Below are positions 51,598 to 62,147 of a DNA stretch of 64,000 bases, piece by piece. Source of the DNA: Chloroflexota bacterium. GTDB taxonomy: Bacteria > Chloroflexota > Dehalococcoidia > SM23-28-2 > RBG-16-64-32. A program made the translations under genes and the position numbers. Location of the stretch: positions 6,518 to 70,517 of the forward strand of contig JAJCYV010000042.1 of NCBI GenBank assembly GCA_029262695.1, in the 5' to 3' direction. The notes under the pieces were generated by a model that was not told the origin of the DNA, made no database searches, and was given only the letters and a program-made list of their open reading frames with translations. The stretch's first letter is position 1. Each line of letters starts with the position of its first letter.

Positions 51598-52733
51598 CAG
51601 GCGCCGTTCCCGTTGCGGTTCGCCGCCGTCTCCTCGTAGAACGCGAGCACTTTCGACGAGACCTCGTCCCAGCTCCAGTTACGGGCGTTGCGCGCCGCGG
51701 TCTTGCCCATCGCTTCGCGCATTCCGGCGTCCGAGAGGATCCGCTTGAGCGCCTTGCAGAGGGCTTCGCTGTCGCGCGGTGGGACGAGCAGGCCGTCCTC
51801 GCCGTCCTTGACCACGGCGGCGAAGCCGGGGATGCGCGAGGCGACGATGGGCACCCCGGAGGCCATCGCTTCGAGCAGGATCAGGCCGAGGCTCTCGTGG
51901 CCGGTGTTGGGTGCGCAGAAGACGTCGCCGCTGCGGTAGTAGCGCGGCAGGTCTTCTTCGTCCACGAAGTCCGTGAAGATGACGTCTTCGACGTTGTTGT
52001 CCTCAATGTAGCGCTCGCAGGCCGGGCGGATGCCACCGTCGGGGCCGACGACGATCAGCCTCGTCTCCGGCATCGCGGCCTTCAGTTTGGCGAACGCCTC
52101 GATCAGGTAGGGAAGTCCTTTGCGCTTCTCCTGCCGGCCGACGAAGACGATGTTGCGTTTCGTGTCCATCAGGTGCGGCATCGGCGGCGTCTCCTCGGCG
52201 AAGCGGGCGTAGTCGATGCCGCTGGGGATGATGCGGAATTCGTCGTCGAAGTACTTGCCGATGAGGTCGAGCGCCGCCTGCGAGTGGGCGATGCGGCCGT
52301 GGATGCGGTGCCACCACGGTTGGAGGATGAACTGTGAGTAGGCGTAGACGCGGCTGCCGCTGTCCCGCGCGGCGTGGAATGTGGCCACGTTTGTTGCCTG
52401 CGAGAAGCGCACGAACTGGAAAGGCAGCAGCGGCACGAACGGCTCGTGGATGTGCACGATGTCGAACTGCTCGCGCGCCAGCAGCTTCTTGACCCGCGAC
52501 GAGAGGTTGTACGAGAGCGAGACGTTGGCAACGGAGCCGCTTGCCGGCAGGCCGATGGCGCTGTGGCCGATCACGTGCAGGTACGGGGGCTCGTCGGCGG
52601 AGCGCTTCGAGGCCGGCGCGACGACGGTGACTTCGTGGCCCCGGCGCATGAAGTGCTGCGAGAGGTTGAAGACGTGCCGGTTAACGCCGCCGGGGACGGC
52701 CCAGTCATATGGTGAGACGAGCGCGATCTTCAG
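51597..52733 (-). CDS. GT4-family glycosyltransferase, PimA-like (phosphatidylinositol mannosyltransferase candidate)
   Basis: Distal 378 codons of track ORF 51597-53858. (L)KIALVSPYDWAVPGGVNRHVFNLSQHFMRRGHEVTVVAPAS aligns with PimA-type N-termini. E-x7-E region ESLGLILLEAMASGVPIVAS. The only start-like codon at the expected N-terminus is CTG 52733 (CTGA overlap with the PHP stop). Confidence 0.85.
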   Translation of the reverse strand: MKIALVSPYDWAVPGGVNRHVFNLSQHFMRRGHEVTVVAPASKRSADEPPYLHVIGHSAIGLPASGSVANVSLSYNLSSRVKKLLAREQFDIVHIHEPFVPLLPFQFVRFSQATNVATFHAARDSGSRVYAYSQFILQPWWHRIHGRIAHSQAALDLIGKYFDDEFRIIPSGIDYARFAEETPPMPHLMDTKRNIVFVGRQEKRKGLPYLIEAFAKLKAAMPETRLIVVGPDGGIRPACERYIEDNNVEDVIFTDFVDEEDLPRYYRSGDVFCAPNTGHESLGLILLEAMASGVPIVASRIPGFAAVVKDGEDGLLVPPRDSEALCKALKRILSDAGMREAMGKTAARNARNWSWDEVSSKVLAFYEETAANRNGNGA

Positions 52734-53488
52734 CGCACGCTCACGATCCGCTGGACGAAGCTGCGCGCCGTCGGGCCCCAGCCCATCGCCCGCGGCGTCG
52801 CCATAATCCCGCGATACGTCTGTCGCACGACGCTTGTGTAGCCGATCTCGCCAAGTGACGGGTGCCGGCCCGAGACGCCGCGCGTTGTCCTGGCCGTGAT
52901 TGCGGTGCGCAGGCCGTCCACGCTGCGGCCTTCGAATTCCGTGTGGGCGGTGCCGACGACGGGAAGGAAGTGCGCGTCGCTGCCGCCGGCTTCCGCCAGG
53001 CCGAACTCGTCGCGGTTGAGGCGCCGGGCCTTGCGAGCGCCGATGCGCCCGGCGGGCGTCTGGTTCGTAACTTCGATGGCGTCGACGTGTACGCCGTCGA
53101 TTTCGCTGGCCAGGATGCGGCGCAGGTGGCGCAGGCCGATCCCGCGCGTGAGCCAGGTGAACGGGTGTGGCACGACGGCCAGGCCGCCCAGGCGGTGGAT
53201 CGCGGCCAGCGTCTCCTCGACGGGCCGCAGCGAGGGCGGCGGCTCTTCGACGAAGAGCGCCAGGATGTGGCCTTCGATCGTCGTCACTTCCATGCCGGGG
53301 ATCACCGCGAAGCGGTAGCGGCCTCTGGCGCAGCGCTCGCGCGCCTCGCGGGCGCCGCTCAGGCTGTCGTGGTCGGTCACGGCGATCAGATCGAGGTCTG
53401 TTTCCGATTCGACGTAGTCCAGCAGCTCGGGCACGTCGCACATGCCGTCGCTGTGCGAGGTGTGGACGTGCAGATCGGCCTTGCCCAC
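52730..53488 (-). CDS. PHP-domain metal-dependent phosphoesterase
   Basis: GTG 53488 overlaps the upstream TAG by 1 nt. N-terminus (V)GKADLHVHTSHSDG is PHP motif I. Further His/Asp motifs: VTDHDS, PGMEV, VVPHP, GGSDAH. Confidence 0.85.
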   Translation of the reverse strand: MGKADLHVHTSHSDGMCDVPELLDYVESETDLDLIAVTDHDSLSGAREARERCARGRYRFAVIPGMEVTTIEGHILALFVEEPPPSLRPVEETLAAIHRLGGLAVVPHPFTWLTRGIGLRHLRRILASEIDGVHVDAIEVTNQTPAGRIGARKARRLNRDEFGLAEAGGSDAHFLPVVGTAHTEFEGRSVDGLRTAITARTTRGVSGRHPSLGEIGYTSVVRQTYRGIMATPRAMGWGPTARSFVQRIVSVR

Positions 53489-54402
53489 TAGACCGCGGCC
53501 TCCTCGGGCTCCGCCGCCGGTTGCGGTTCGCGGCCTTCGGCGTCCCAGATGCGCTCCAGCACCAGCCACTGTTCGGGCTCGGCGCGCAGCCGCGCCTCCA
53601 GACGCGAGATGTACTCAAGCATCGCGGTACGCACGTCCGCTTGCAGGTCGTCGGTGCGCTCGATCTCGATCGGCGGCTCGGCGTCGGCGTCGATGACGTA
53701 GCGGCCGCGCCGCGCGGCGAACGAGGGCACGATCGCGGCGCCGGTGCGCAGCGCGACTTCGACCGGGCCGGTTGGCATCCACGTCTCTTCGCCAAAGAAG
53801 GGGAGAAGCATCTTCGGTCCGGAGATGTCGCGGTCGCCCATGAGCGCCACGGTACCACCGTCGCGCAGAATCCGCATGATGCGCTTGGCGGACCGCACGC
53901 CGACAGGCATGAACTCGACTCCGTGTGTCGAGCGGATGCTGTTGAGCATCCGCGAAAGGCGAGCCGGCTTCACCGGCTCTGTCACCGCAAAGCAGGGGAT
54001 GTTCAGCGGGATGAGGCCCTGGCCCGCCATCTCGGCGCTGCCGATGTGCGCGCTGAGCATGACGACGCCGCGGCCCTTCTCGATGTTCGGCCGGATGTGC
54101 TCCTCGATGCCCGTGTAGATGAGGCGCTCGCGGAGGAACTGGTTGACGTCCATGCGGGGCAGTTGGGCGAGGTCCGCGTAGTAGTAGCCAACGCTGCGGA
54201 ACACCGCTTTCGCGGTCTGTCTCAGGCGTGATTTGGGCGCGTCGGGCATGACGTGGCGCAGGTTATCCCAGACGTTGCGCCGGGCCGCCGGCGTCAGCGT
54301 GTAACCGGCCCAGCCGACGATTTCAGCGATGCCGTAGAGGAGTGGGAGGGGCAACCGCCCCAGGACACGAAAGCCGAACCAGAAGATGAAGTATCTCAGC
54401 AC
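53488..54402 (-). CDS. LpxL/HtrB/PatA-type lysophospholipid (PIM-type) acyltransferase
   Basis: Track ORF 53488-54504. GTG 54402 gives MLRYFIFWFGFRVLGRLPLPLLYG. H-x4-E motif AHIGSAE. TATACT lies exactly 6 nt upstream of GTG 54402. The earlier ATG 54504 lies inside a repeat element. Confidence 0.82.
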   Translation of the reverse strand: MLRYFIFWFGFRVLGRLPLPLLYGIAEIVGWAGYTLTPAARRNVWDNLRHVMPDAPKSRLRQTAKAVFRSVGYYYADLAQLPRMDVNQFLRERLIYTGIEEHIRPNIEKGRGVVMLSAHIGSAEMAGQGLIPLNIPCFAVTEPVKPARLSRMLNSIRSTHGVEFMPVGVRSAKRIMRILRDGGTVALMGDRDISGPKMLLPFFGEETWMPTGPVEVALRTGAAIVPSFAARRGRYVIDADAEPPIEIERTDDLQADVRTAMLEYISRLEARLRAEPEQWLVLERIWDAEGREPQPAAEPEEAAV

Positions 54403-54408
54403 AGGGAG

Positions 54409-54414
54409 AGTATA
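54409..54414 (-). promoter_or_regulatory. -10 hexamer TATACT exactly 6 nt before GTG 54402 (leaderless-type start)
   Basis: The minus strand reads TATACT ctccct GTG. Confidence 0.4.
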
Positions 54415-54477
54415 CGCGGAGTGGACAGTGGCTAGTGAACAGCGGTTGGTGGCGAGGCGCCGTGGTGCAGACTCGAC

Positions 54478-54579
54478 GTAGGGGCAGGTCTGTCCGAATG
54501 GCATCGCGTCAGCGGGTGTCCTCGCCGCTGGTGGGTGATCGGGGCGCTTCCTGGACAGACCTGAAGGTCTGTCCCTACG
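54478..54579. repeat. ~100-bp element bounded by inverted GTAGGGRCAG termini, with internal hairpin GGACAGACC-tgaa-GGTCTGTCC
   Basis: Left end GTAGGGGCAGGTCTGTCC (54478-54495). Right end GGACAGACCTGAAGGTCTGTCCCTACG (54553-54579). Lies in the spacer between the ino1 stop and the acyltransferase start. Confidence 0.7.
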
Positions 54580-54592
54580 TGCGGGCGAGGCG

Positions 54593-56128
<1,536 letters not shown>

Positions 56129-56134
56129 GGGGCC

Positions 56135-56154
56135 ATGATAACGAAATATTCGTT
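56135..56154 (-). promoter_or_regulatory. -10 hexamer TATCAT 6 nt before ATG 56128, overlapped by perfect palindrome AACGAA-ATA-TTCGTT (candidate operator)
   Basis: The minus strand reads TATCAT ggcccc ATG. The palindrome spans 56140-56154 in a locally AT-rich patch. Confidence 0.45.
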
Positions 56155-56270
56155 AGTTAGCCAGCCCGGGTGCGTGAACCGGTGCGTGGTGGGGGTGCAG
56201 CGCCCCGGCAATCGAACCGGACGGTGGATGGGCAGATGGCTGTGCCGTCTTCGCGCCGGCGTGCCGTCAC

Positions 56271-56287
56271 AGGGGCGCAGCGCCCCT
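56271..56287. repeat. Palindrome AGGGGCGC-A-GCGCCCCT (+ACG), family copy
   Basis: Read directly. Lies in the truB-ino1 spacer. Confidence 0.75.
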
Positions 56288-56303
56288 ACGTCCGGTGTGG
56301 CCG

Positions 56304-57236
56304 CTAGCCCACCGGGAAGATCTTGTGCGGGTGCCAGAGCTCCGTGGCGGCGTCGTAGCGCAGGATGCCGATCAGGGAGCCGTCCTCGGCGTAGCCGCGC
56401 ACTTGCAGCGCGTCCGAGAGCGGGCCGGCGGCTCGCAGGGCTTCCTCGTCGTCGATGCGCGCTGACTGGCCGTGGCGCAGGTCTTTCTCGTCCTCTATCG
56501 GCACGGTGAGCGACGGCAGCTGCGTCAGGCCGCAATCGATCGGCTGCAGCACGTCGGGCCACGTGCCGCCAGCGAACGTGGCCTCCAGCGCCGCTTCGTC
56601 CAGCGCGTCCTCCAGCCGGAAGGGCCCGACGCGCGTGCGGGTGAGTGCGGAGAGGTGCGCGCCGCAGCCAAGCGACTGCCCGAGATCGTGCGCCAGGCTG
56701 CGCACGTACGTGCCGCGGCTGCACTCGACTTCGATCTCCACCTCGGGCGGTTCGAAGCGGAGGAGGTCCAGGCGGTGGACGGTTACTTTGCGGGGCGCCA
56801 GTTCGATCTCTTCGCCCTTGCGGGCGCGCTCGTAAGCGGGGCGTCCGCCGATCTTGATGGCGCTGTGGGCCGGGGGCCGCTGCTCGATCTCGCCGCTAAA
56901 GGCGGCCAGCGCCTCGCGCAGGGCGGCTTCGCTGACGTTGACGTCGTGCGTCGTAACGACTTTTCCCTCGGCGTCGTAAGTGTCCGTCTCGATGCCGAGG
57001 TGAACGGTGCCGCGGTAGACCTTCGGCAGGTCCATCAGGTACTCGGTGATGCGCACGGCGGGGCCGACGCAGACGAGCAGGACGCCCTCCGCCATCGGGT
57101 CGAGAGTGCCGGCGTGGCCGACGCGGCGGACTGCGGTGCCCTTTCGCACGAGGCCGATGACGCTGAACGACGTGCGCCCGCGAGGCTTGTTGAAGTTGAG
57201 GATGCCACCCGAAGGGGCCGGCGGCGGCGCGTTCAT
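56304..57236 (-). CDS. truB: tRNA pseudouridine(55) synthase
   Basis: 310 aa. GILNFNKPRGRTSF...VGHAGTLDPMAEGVLLVCVG carries the catalytic Asp motif. Confidence 0.95.
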   Translation of the reverse strand: MNAPPPAPSGGILNFNKPRGRTSFSVIGLVRKGTAVRRVGHAGTLDPMAEGVLLVCVGPAVRITEYLMDLPKVYRGTVHLGIETDTYDAEGKVVTTHDVNVSEAALREALAAFSGEIEQRPPAHSAIKIGGRPAYERARKGEEIELAPRKVTVHRLDLLRFEPPEVEIEVECSRGTYVRSLAHDLGQSLGCGAHLSALTRTRVGPFRLEDALDEAALEATFAGGTWPDVLQPIDCGLTQLPSLTVPIEDEKDLRHGQSARIDDEEALRAAGPLSDALQVRGYAEDGSLIGILRYDAATELWHPHKIFPVG

Positions 57237-57243
57237 CGGCGTC

Positions 57244-57612
57244 CTACCGTTCCGCTGGCGGCTCGCGCTCTGCGGCCACTTTTTTCATCAGGTCGAGCAT
57301 GCGCGCGCCTTCTTCGATCGTGTGATCGGCCTCGAACTCGAACCTTGGCACGCGGCGGATGTGGACTCGCTCCATGAGCTGCTTGCGCAGGAAGGGAGCG
57401 GCGTTGTTGAGGGCCGTCAGCGACCGCGCCTGCTGCTTCGCCTCGTCTACCAGGACGCTGACGTAGACGGTTGCGTGTTCCAGGTCGGGTGAGACGTCGA
57501 CGCTGGTGATGCTGATCATGCCCTTGACGCGGGGGTCGCGTAGCTCGCTGCTGATGAGGTCGGCCAGCTCGCTGCGAAAGAGCCCGCTGAGGCGGTCAGT
57601 CCTTCTGCTCAT
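57244..57612 (-). CDS. rbfA: Ribosome-binding factor A
   Basis: 122 aa. RTDRLSGLFRSELADLISSELRDPRV...ITSVDVSPDLEHATVYVS. Confidence 0.94.
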   Translation of the reverse strand: MSRRTDRLSGLFRSELADLISSELRDPRVKGMISITSVDVSPDLEHATVYVSVLVDEAKQQARSLTALNNAAPFLRKQLMERVHIRRVPRFEFEADHTIEEGARMLDLMKKVAAEREPPAER

Positions 57613-57676
57613 CTCGTCTCTCTCCGTGGGCGCTCCGGTGCGGGCGGATGTCCGTACGGGCGCCCCGTCCGGCTGT

Positions 57677-59473
57677 CTAGCCCTTCTGTTCGGTGTGGAA
57701 GGCCTCGATGACGTCGCCCTCCTCGAAGGCGTCGAACCCCTCGACGCCGATGCCGCACTCGAGGCCGTTGGCTACTTCGCGCACGTCATCCTTGAAGCGG
57801 CGCAGGCTGGAGACTCTGGACTCGTGGGTCAAGATCCCGTCGCGCAGGACGCGAGCCAGGGAGTTTCGTCGCACGAGGCCGTCGGTGACCATGCAGCCGG
57901 CGATCTTGCCGCCGCGCACCTTGAACATCGCGCGCACGTCGGCGTAACCGTCGTGGACGTCAACGAAGACCGGCTCCATGAGGCCCTTCACGGCGACTTC
58001 GATGTCTTCGATCAGCTTGTAGATGATGTCGTACAGGCGGATGTCCACGCCCTCGATCTCGGCCTTCTTCTTGGCGCCGAGGTCGGTCTTTACGGTGAAG
58101 CCGACGATGACCGCTCGGGAGGCCGTCGCCAGCATGACGTCGGACTCGCTGACGTTGCCGGTGCCGGTGCTGATCACGTGCACGCGCACCTCTTCGCCGC
58201 TCAGTTTTTCGAGTGAGCCGCGGACGGCCTCGATGCTGCCGACGGTATCGGCCTTGATTACGATGTTCAGGTCCTTGACGCGCCCGGCGGCGATGTCTCC
58301 GGAGACTGCTTCCAGCGTCACGGCGCGGGTTGCGCCCTCGGCCTGGTCACGCTCTCGGCTCTCGGCCAGTTCGCGGGCCTCGCGTTCGTTGTTGAGGACG
58401 ACGAAGGTGTCGCCGGAGCGCGGCACCGTGTTTAGCCCCATGACCTCGGCCGGTGTCGACGGGCCGGCTTCCTTGAGCCGCGCACCTTTGTCGTCGAACA
58501 TCGCTTTGATTTTGCCGTAGGAGGCGCCGGCGACGACGATGTCGCCCGTATGCAGCGTGCCTTTTTGCACGATCACGGTCGCCATCGGGCCGCGGCTCTG
58601 GTCCATTCGCGATTCGACGATAGCGCCTTCGGCGGTGCGATCGGGGTTGGCCTTGAGTTCGGCCACTTCGGCGACGAGCAGGATGTGGTCCAGCAGGTCG
58701 TCGAGGCCTTCCCCGGTCTTGGCCGAAAGCGGTACGGCGATGACGTCGCCGCCGAACTCTTCGATGATGATGTTGTTCTGCGTCAGTTGCTGCTTGACGT
58801 TGTCTGCGTTGGCCGCGGGCAGGTCTATCTTGTTGATCGCGATGATGATGGGAACGTTGGCGGCGGTGGCGTGGCTGATCGCCTCTCTCGTCTGGGGCAT
58901 GATGCCGTCGTCGGCCGCTACGACGAGCACGGCGACGTCGGTGAGGCTGGCGCCGCGCGCGCGCATCTCCGTGAAGGCTTCGTGGCCGGGCGTGTCGATG
59001 AAGGTGATCTTGTGGTCCTTCACTGTCACCTGGTAGGCGCCGATGTGCTGGGTGATGGCGCCCACTTCCTGGGCCGTGACGTTAGTCTGGCGGATGGCGT
59101 CGAGGATGCTCGTCTTGCCGTGATCGACGTGGCCCATCACGGTGACGACGGGCGGTCGCGGCTGCAGGCTCTTCTTGTCCTCCGGCTCGATGACTTCGTC
59201 CTCGACGACCGCTTGCGCTTCTTCCTCTTTGGCCGCCGTCCCGGCGTCTCCTTGCTTGACGTCGTAGCCGAGGTCAGTGGCGACGGACGAGGCCATGTCG
59301 AAGTCGACGGATTCGTTGACGGAGGCCATGACGCCGCGCTTCATCAGCTCCTTGATGATGTCGATGTGCGAAAGGCCCAGCATCTCTCCCAGGTCGCGCA
59401 CCATGATGGTTGATGGCAGCGTCAACGTGGGTTTTTCGGCGACCGGCGCGCTCTTGTTATCGTCCTGCGTCAC
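57677..59473 (-). CDS. infB: Translation initiation factor IF-2 (short form)
   Basis: Track ORF 57677-59590. GTG 59473 overlaps the ylxR stop (GTGA). GTPase motifs [23 protein letters not shown]. 598 aa. Confidence 0.94.
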   Translation of the reverse strand: MTQDDNKSAPVAEKPTLTLPSTIMVRDLGEMLGLSHIDIIKELMKRGVMASVNESVDFDMASSVATDLGYDVKQGDAGTAAKEEEAQAVVEDEVIEPEDKKSLQPRPPVVTVMGHVDHGKTSILDAIRQTNVTAQEVGAITQHIGAYQVTVKDHKITFIDTPGHEAFTEMRARGASLTDVAVLVVAADDGIMPQTREAISHATAANVPIIIAINKIDLPAANADNVKQQLTQNNIIIEEFGGDVIAVPLSAKTGEGLDDLLDHILLVAEVAELKANPDRTAEGAIVESRMDQSRGPMATVIVQKGTLHTGDIVVAGASYGKIKAMFDDKGARLKEAGPSTPAEVMGLNTVPRSGDTFVVLNNEREARELAESRERDQAEGATRAVTLEAVSGDIAAGRVKDLNIVIKADTVGSIEAVRGSLEKLSGEEVRVHVISTGTGNVSESDVMLATASRAVIVGFTVKTDLGAKKKAEIEGVDIRLYDIIYKLIEDIEVAVKGLMEPVFVDVHDGYADVRAMFKVRGGKIAGCMVTDGLVRRNSLARVLRDGILTHESRVSSLRRFKDDVREVANGLECGIGVEGFDAFEEGDVIEAFHTEQKG

Positions 59474-59763
59474 TGGTTGCCTCCTGAATGGGCGGCAGCG
59501 TACGCCCGGAGGGCGTCGGCGTCCTTCGCGGTCAGCCTGGCCTTGAGTGAGTGCTCGAGGCGGCCCCTGGCCAGCGCTTCCTCCCAGCACGCGCTCTGGC
59601 CGCAGACGTAGGCGCCACGCCCGGCCAGCTTGCCGGTCGGGTCGGCGACGATGCCGTCAGCGGTCCGTACGATGCGTATGAGGCCGCGCTTGTTGGTCGT
59701 TGTCCGGCACGCTACGCAGGTGCGTTGGGGCAGCGGGCGCGCCTGAGCCTTCGTGGCGGTCAA
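59470..59763 (-). CDS. ylxR: YlxR/RnpM-family (DUF448) RNA-binding protein
   Basis: 97 aa. RTCVACRTTTNKRGLIRIV...GRGAYVC. ATGA overlap with the nusA stop. Confidence 0.92.
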   Translation of the reverse strand: MTATKAQARPLPQRTCVACRTTTNKRGLIRIVRTADGIVADPTGKLAGRGAYVCGQSACWEEALARGRLEHSLKARLTAKDADALRAYAAAHSGGNQ

Positions 59764-61277
59764 TCTTCAGCGTCCTTCTCTTCGTCTTCGTCCGGCCAGC
59801 CGAACTGATCCAGGCCGGTCTCGAAGTCGATGTCTTCTTCGTCGCCTTCGACGACAGCGGCGAGGCGGCGGCCCTTGCGGGCGGCCTTCTTGCCCTTCTC
59901 TTCGGCGGCTTCGTCTGTCTCGGTGGCGGATTTGCCTTTGCCCTTCTTGGCCTTCTTGGGGGCCGGCGTCATTGCGGGCGCCAGATCCTCGGCGAAGCGC
60001 AGTCCGCCGGCCGCGGCCGGCGCCGCGGCTGCCGGCGACTTCTGGGCCGGTGCTTCGGGGGCGACCGCTGCTTCTTCGCCCGCTTCTGCCTCGACGACTT
60101 CCATCCACGGCTCGGGCGCTTCAGCGCGCTGTGCCTGCTCGGCGGGGGCCGCCTTTTCTTCCGGTGCGGGTGCGACCGGCGCCGGGGCGGGGCCCGCGGC
60201 GGCGATGGCCGCCTGCTCGGCTGCCACTTCGGCTGCCAGTTCCGGGGTCATCGCCGATTCGGGCTTGATGTCGATTCGCCAGCCGGTGAGCTTGGCCGCC
60301 AGCCGCGCGTTCTGGCCTTCTTTGCCGATGGCCAGCGAGAGCTGCCGGTCGGGGACGATGACGGAGGCGGTGTTTTCATCTTCATCGATGCGCACGGTCA
60401 GCACCTGAGCAGGGCTCAGGGCGTTGCCGACAAAGCGCGAGGGGTTCTCGTCCCACTGGATGACGTCGATGCGCTCGCCGTTGAGTTCGTTGACGATGTT
60501 CTGGATGCGGATGCCGCGCAGGCCGACGCAGGAGCCGACGGCGTCGACGCCTTCCTGCCGGGCCGCGACGGCTACCTTGCTGCGGTAGCCGGCTTCGCGA
60601 GCGATCGACTTGATCTCGACGATCCCGCGGTAGATTTCTGGGACTTCCAGCTCGAACAGGCGCTTGAGGAGGTTCTTGTGCGTTCGCGAGAGGATGAGCT
60701 GCGGGCCGCGGATTGAGCGGTGTACCTCCAGCAGGAAGAACTTCAGGCGCTGGCCGCCACGGTAGTGCTCGTTGCGCACCTGCTCCGTGATCGGGAAGAT
60801 GCCTTCGGTCTTGCCGAGGTCGACGACGATGTGCTTGGGCTCGATGCGCTGGACTACGCCGGAGACGATATCGCTGGCGCGGCTCGAGAACTCCTCGAAC
60901 ACCATCTCACGTTCGGCCTCGCGCAGCTTTTGGAGGACTACCTGCTTGGCCGTCTGGGCGGCGATGCGTCCGGCGGCGCCGGGGTGTATCTCATCGCGCA
61001 GGAAGTCGCCGATCTGGGCGTCCGGCTTGCGCTTGCGGGCGTCCTGGATCGTGATCTCAGCGGCTTCGTCTTCGACCTCCTGGACGACGGTGTGTTGCTG
61101 GTAGACGTGGTGTTCGCCGGTCTCACGGTCGATGCGGACAGCCAGATCGCCGCTCATTTCGGCGTCTTTTTTGTACGCGGAGACGAGGGCGGCCTCCATC
61201 GCTTCGAGTACCACCTCTTGCGGCAGATTCTTCTCTGCCGCCAGCTGCGTTATGGCGATCATGAACTCGCTTTTCAC
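59760..61277 (-). CDS. nusA: Transcription termination/antitermination factor NusA with Ala/Glu/Lys-rich C-terminal extension
   Basis: Track ORF 59760-61349. GTG 61277 lies 12 nt after AGGAGG and gives [32 protein letters not shown]1 and two KH domains recognisable. The track's upstream codons overlap the leader hairpin. Confidence 0.93.
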   Translation of the reverse strand: MKSEFMIAITQLAAEKNLPQEVVLEAMEAALVSAYKKDAEMSGDLAVRIDRETGEHHVYQQHTVVQEVEDEAAEITIQDARKRKPDAQIGDFLRDEIHPGAAGRIAAQTAKQVVLQKLREAEREMVFEEFSSRASDIVSGVVQRIEPKHIVVDLGKTEGIFPITEQVRNEHYRGGQRLKFFLLEVHRSIRGPQLILSRTHKNLLKRLFELEVPEIYRGIVEIKSIAREAGYRSKVAVAARQEGVDAVGSCVGLRGIRIQNIVNELNGERIDVIQWDENPSRFVGNALSPAQVLTVRIDEDENTASVIVPDRQLSLAIGKEGQNARLAAKLTGWRIDIKPESAMTPELAAEVAAEQAAIAAAGPAPAPVAPAPEEKAAPAEQAQRAEAPEPWMEVVEAEAGEEAAVAPEAPAQKSPAAAAPAAAGGLRFAEDLAPAMTPAPKKAKKGKGKSATETDEAAEEKGKKAARKGRRLAAVVEGDEEDIDFETGLDQFGWPDEDEEKDAED

Positions 61278-61325
61278 GGCCCTCGCAAACCTCCTGTCGC
61301 CCTTTCGGCCCCGTTTCGCGGGGCC

Positions 61326-61354
61326 AAAAAAAAGCGGGTGCCACCCCACTTTTC
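61326..61354 (-). terminator. Intrinsic-terminator-like hairpin with U8 tract in the nusA leader (candidate attenuator)
   Basis: The minus strand reads GAAAAGUGGGG-UGGCA-CCCGCUUUUUUUU. It is followed by a perfect hairpin GGCCCCG-cgaaa-CGGGGCC (61325-61307) and then the SD. Confidence 0.5.
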
Positions 61355-61375
61355 AAAGGAGCGTATATTTCCCAA

Positions 61376-61405
61376 AATATACCACCAACGGCACCGCTGG
61401 AACAA
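61376..61405 (-). promoter_or_regulatory. Candidate nusA operon promoter (TTGTTC-18 nt-TATATT) within an AT-rich palindrome
   Basis: TTGTTC at 61405-61400 and TATATT at 61381-61376. GTATATTT-ccca-AAATATAC palindrome at 61363-61382. Confidence 0.45.
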
Positions 61406-61451
61406 CCGTCGTAGCCTCTCCGGACGGCCGCTTTTCGGTGCTGCGACGCGC

Positions 61452-62090
61452 CTATCTGCGACGTATGAGCATGATGCCGTCGCGCACGGTGAGGATGACG
61501 TTTGTGATGCGTTCGTCACGTGCTATGTGATCGTTGAACGCCGCGATCGCCCGGCCGTCGTCGTCCTTCGGGTCGAGGATGTACCCGCTCCAGAGGACGT
61601 TGTCCACGGCGATGACGCCGCGCTCGGATAGCATCGGCAGCGCCGCCTCGTAGTAGTCCAGGTACCCGGTTTTGTCCGCGTCGATGAAGACGAGGTCGAA
61701 GGGGCCCTCCAGCGTCTTGAGCGAGTCAAGCGCCGGGCCTTCGATCAGCCGCACCTTGTGACCGTCGGGGCTGCGCTGGAAGAAGCTGCGCGCGAGTGCC
61801 GCGTGGTCCGAGCTGAGTTCCAGCGTTACGATCTCGCCGTCGTCGGGCAGGGCGGCGGCCATCATCAGCGCGCTGAAGCCGGTGAACGTGCCGATTTCCA
61901 GCGCCCGCTTTGCGCCGATCGATGCGGCCAGCGTCTGCAGCAGCTGTCCCTCGATCTGGCCGGACAGCATCATCGCCAGGCCGCCGAACTTCTCCTGCGT
62001 CGCCTGCGTCAGCTCCGCCAGCAACGGCGGCAGCGCCGCCGAATGTTCCTGCGCGTAGATCTCGATCTCTTCCGGCACCAAAGTCAGCAT
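61452..62090 (-). CDS. Class I SAM-dependent O-methyltransferase (caffeoyl-CoA OMT-like, family 3)
   Basis: 212 aa. RALEIGTFTGFSAL, FDLVFIDADK, VIAVDNVLW. Confidence 0.92.
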   Translation of the reverse strand: MLTLVPEEIEIYAQEHSAALPPLLAELTQATQEKFGGLAMMLSGQIEGQLLQTLAASIGAKRALEIGTFTGFSALMMAAALPDDGEIVTLELSSDHAALARSFFQRSPDGHKVRLIEGPALDSLKTLEGPFDLVFIDADKTGYLDYYEAALPMLSERGVIAVDNVLWSGYILDPKDDDGRAIAAFNDHIARDERITNVILTVRDGIMLIRRR

Positions 62091-62147
62091 CTTCGTTATC
62101 TCCTGTCTGATGGGCGCAGCCCAGACGGGCGCGGCAAGCGGACGCTC

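Noticed and set aside
51597-53858. 753-aa track ORF as a single protein.
   Set aside because: Only the distal 378 codons look like a real protein (GT4). The proximal half is an Arg/Pro-rich out-of-frame read-through of the PHP and acyltransferase genes.
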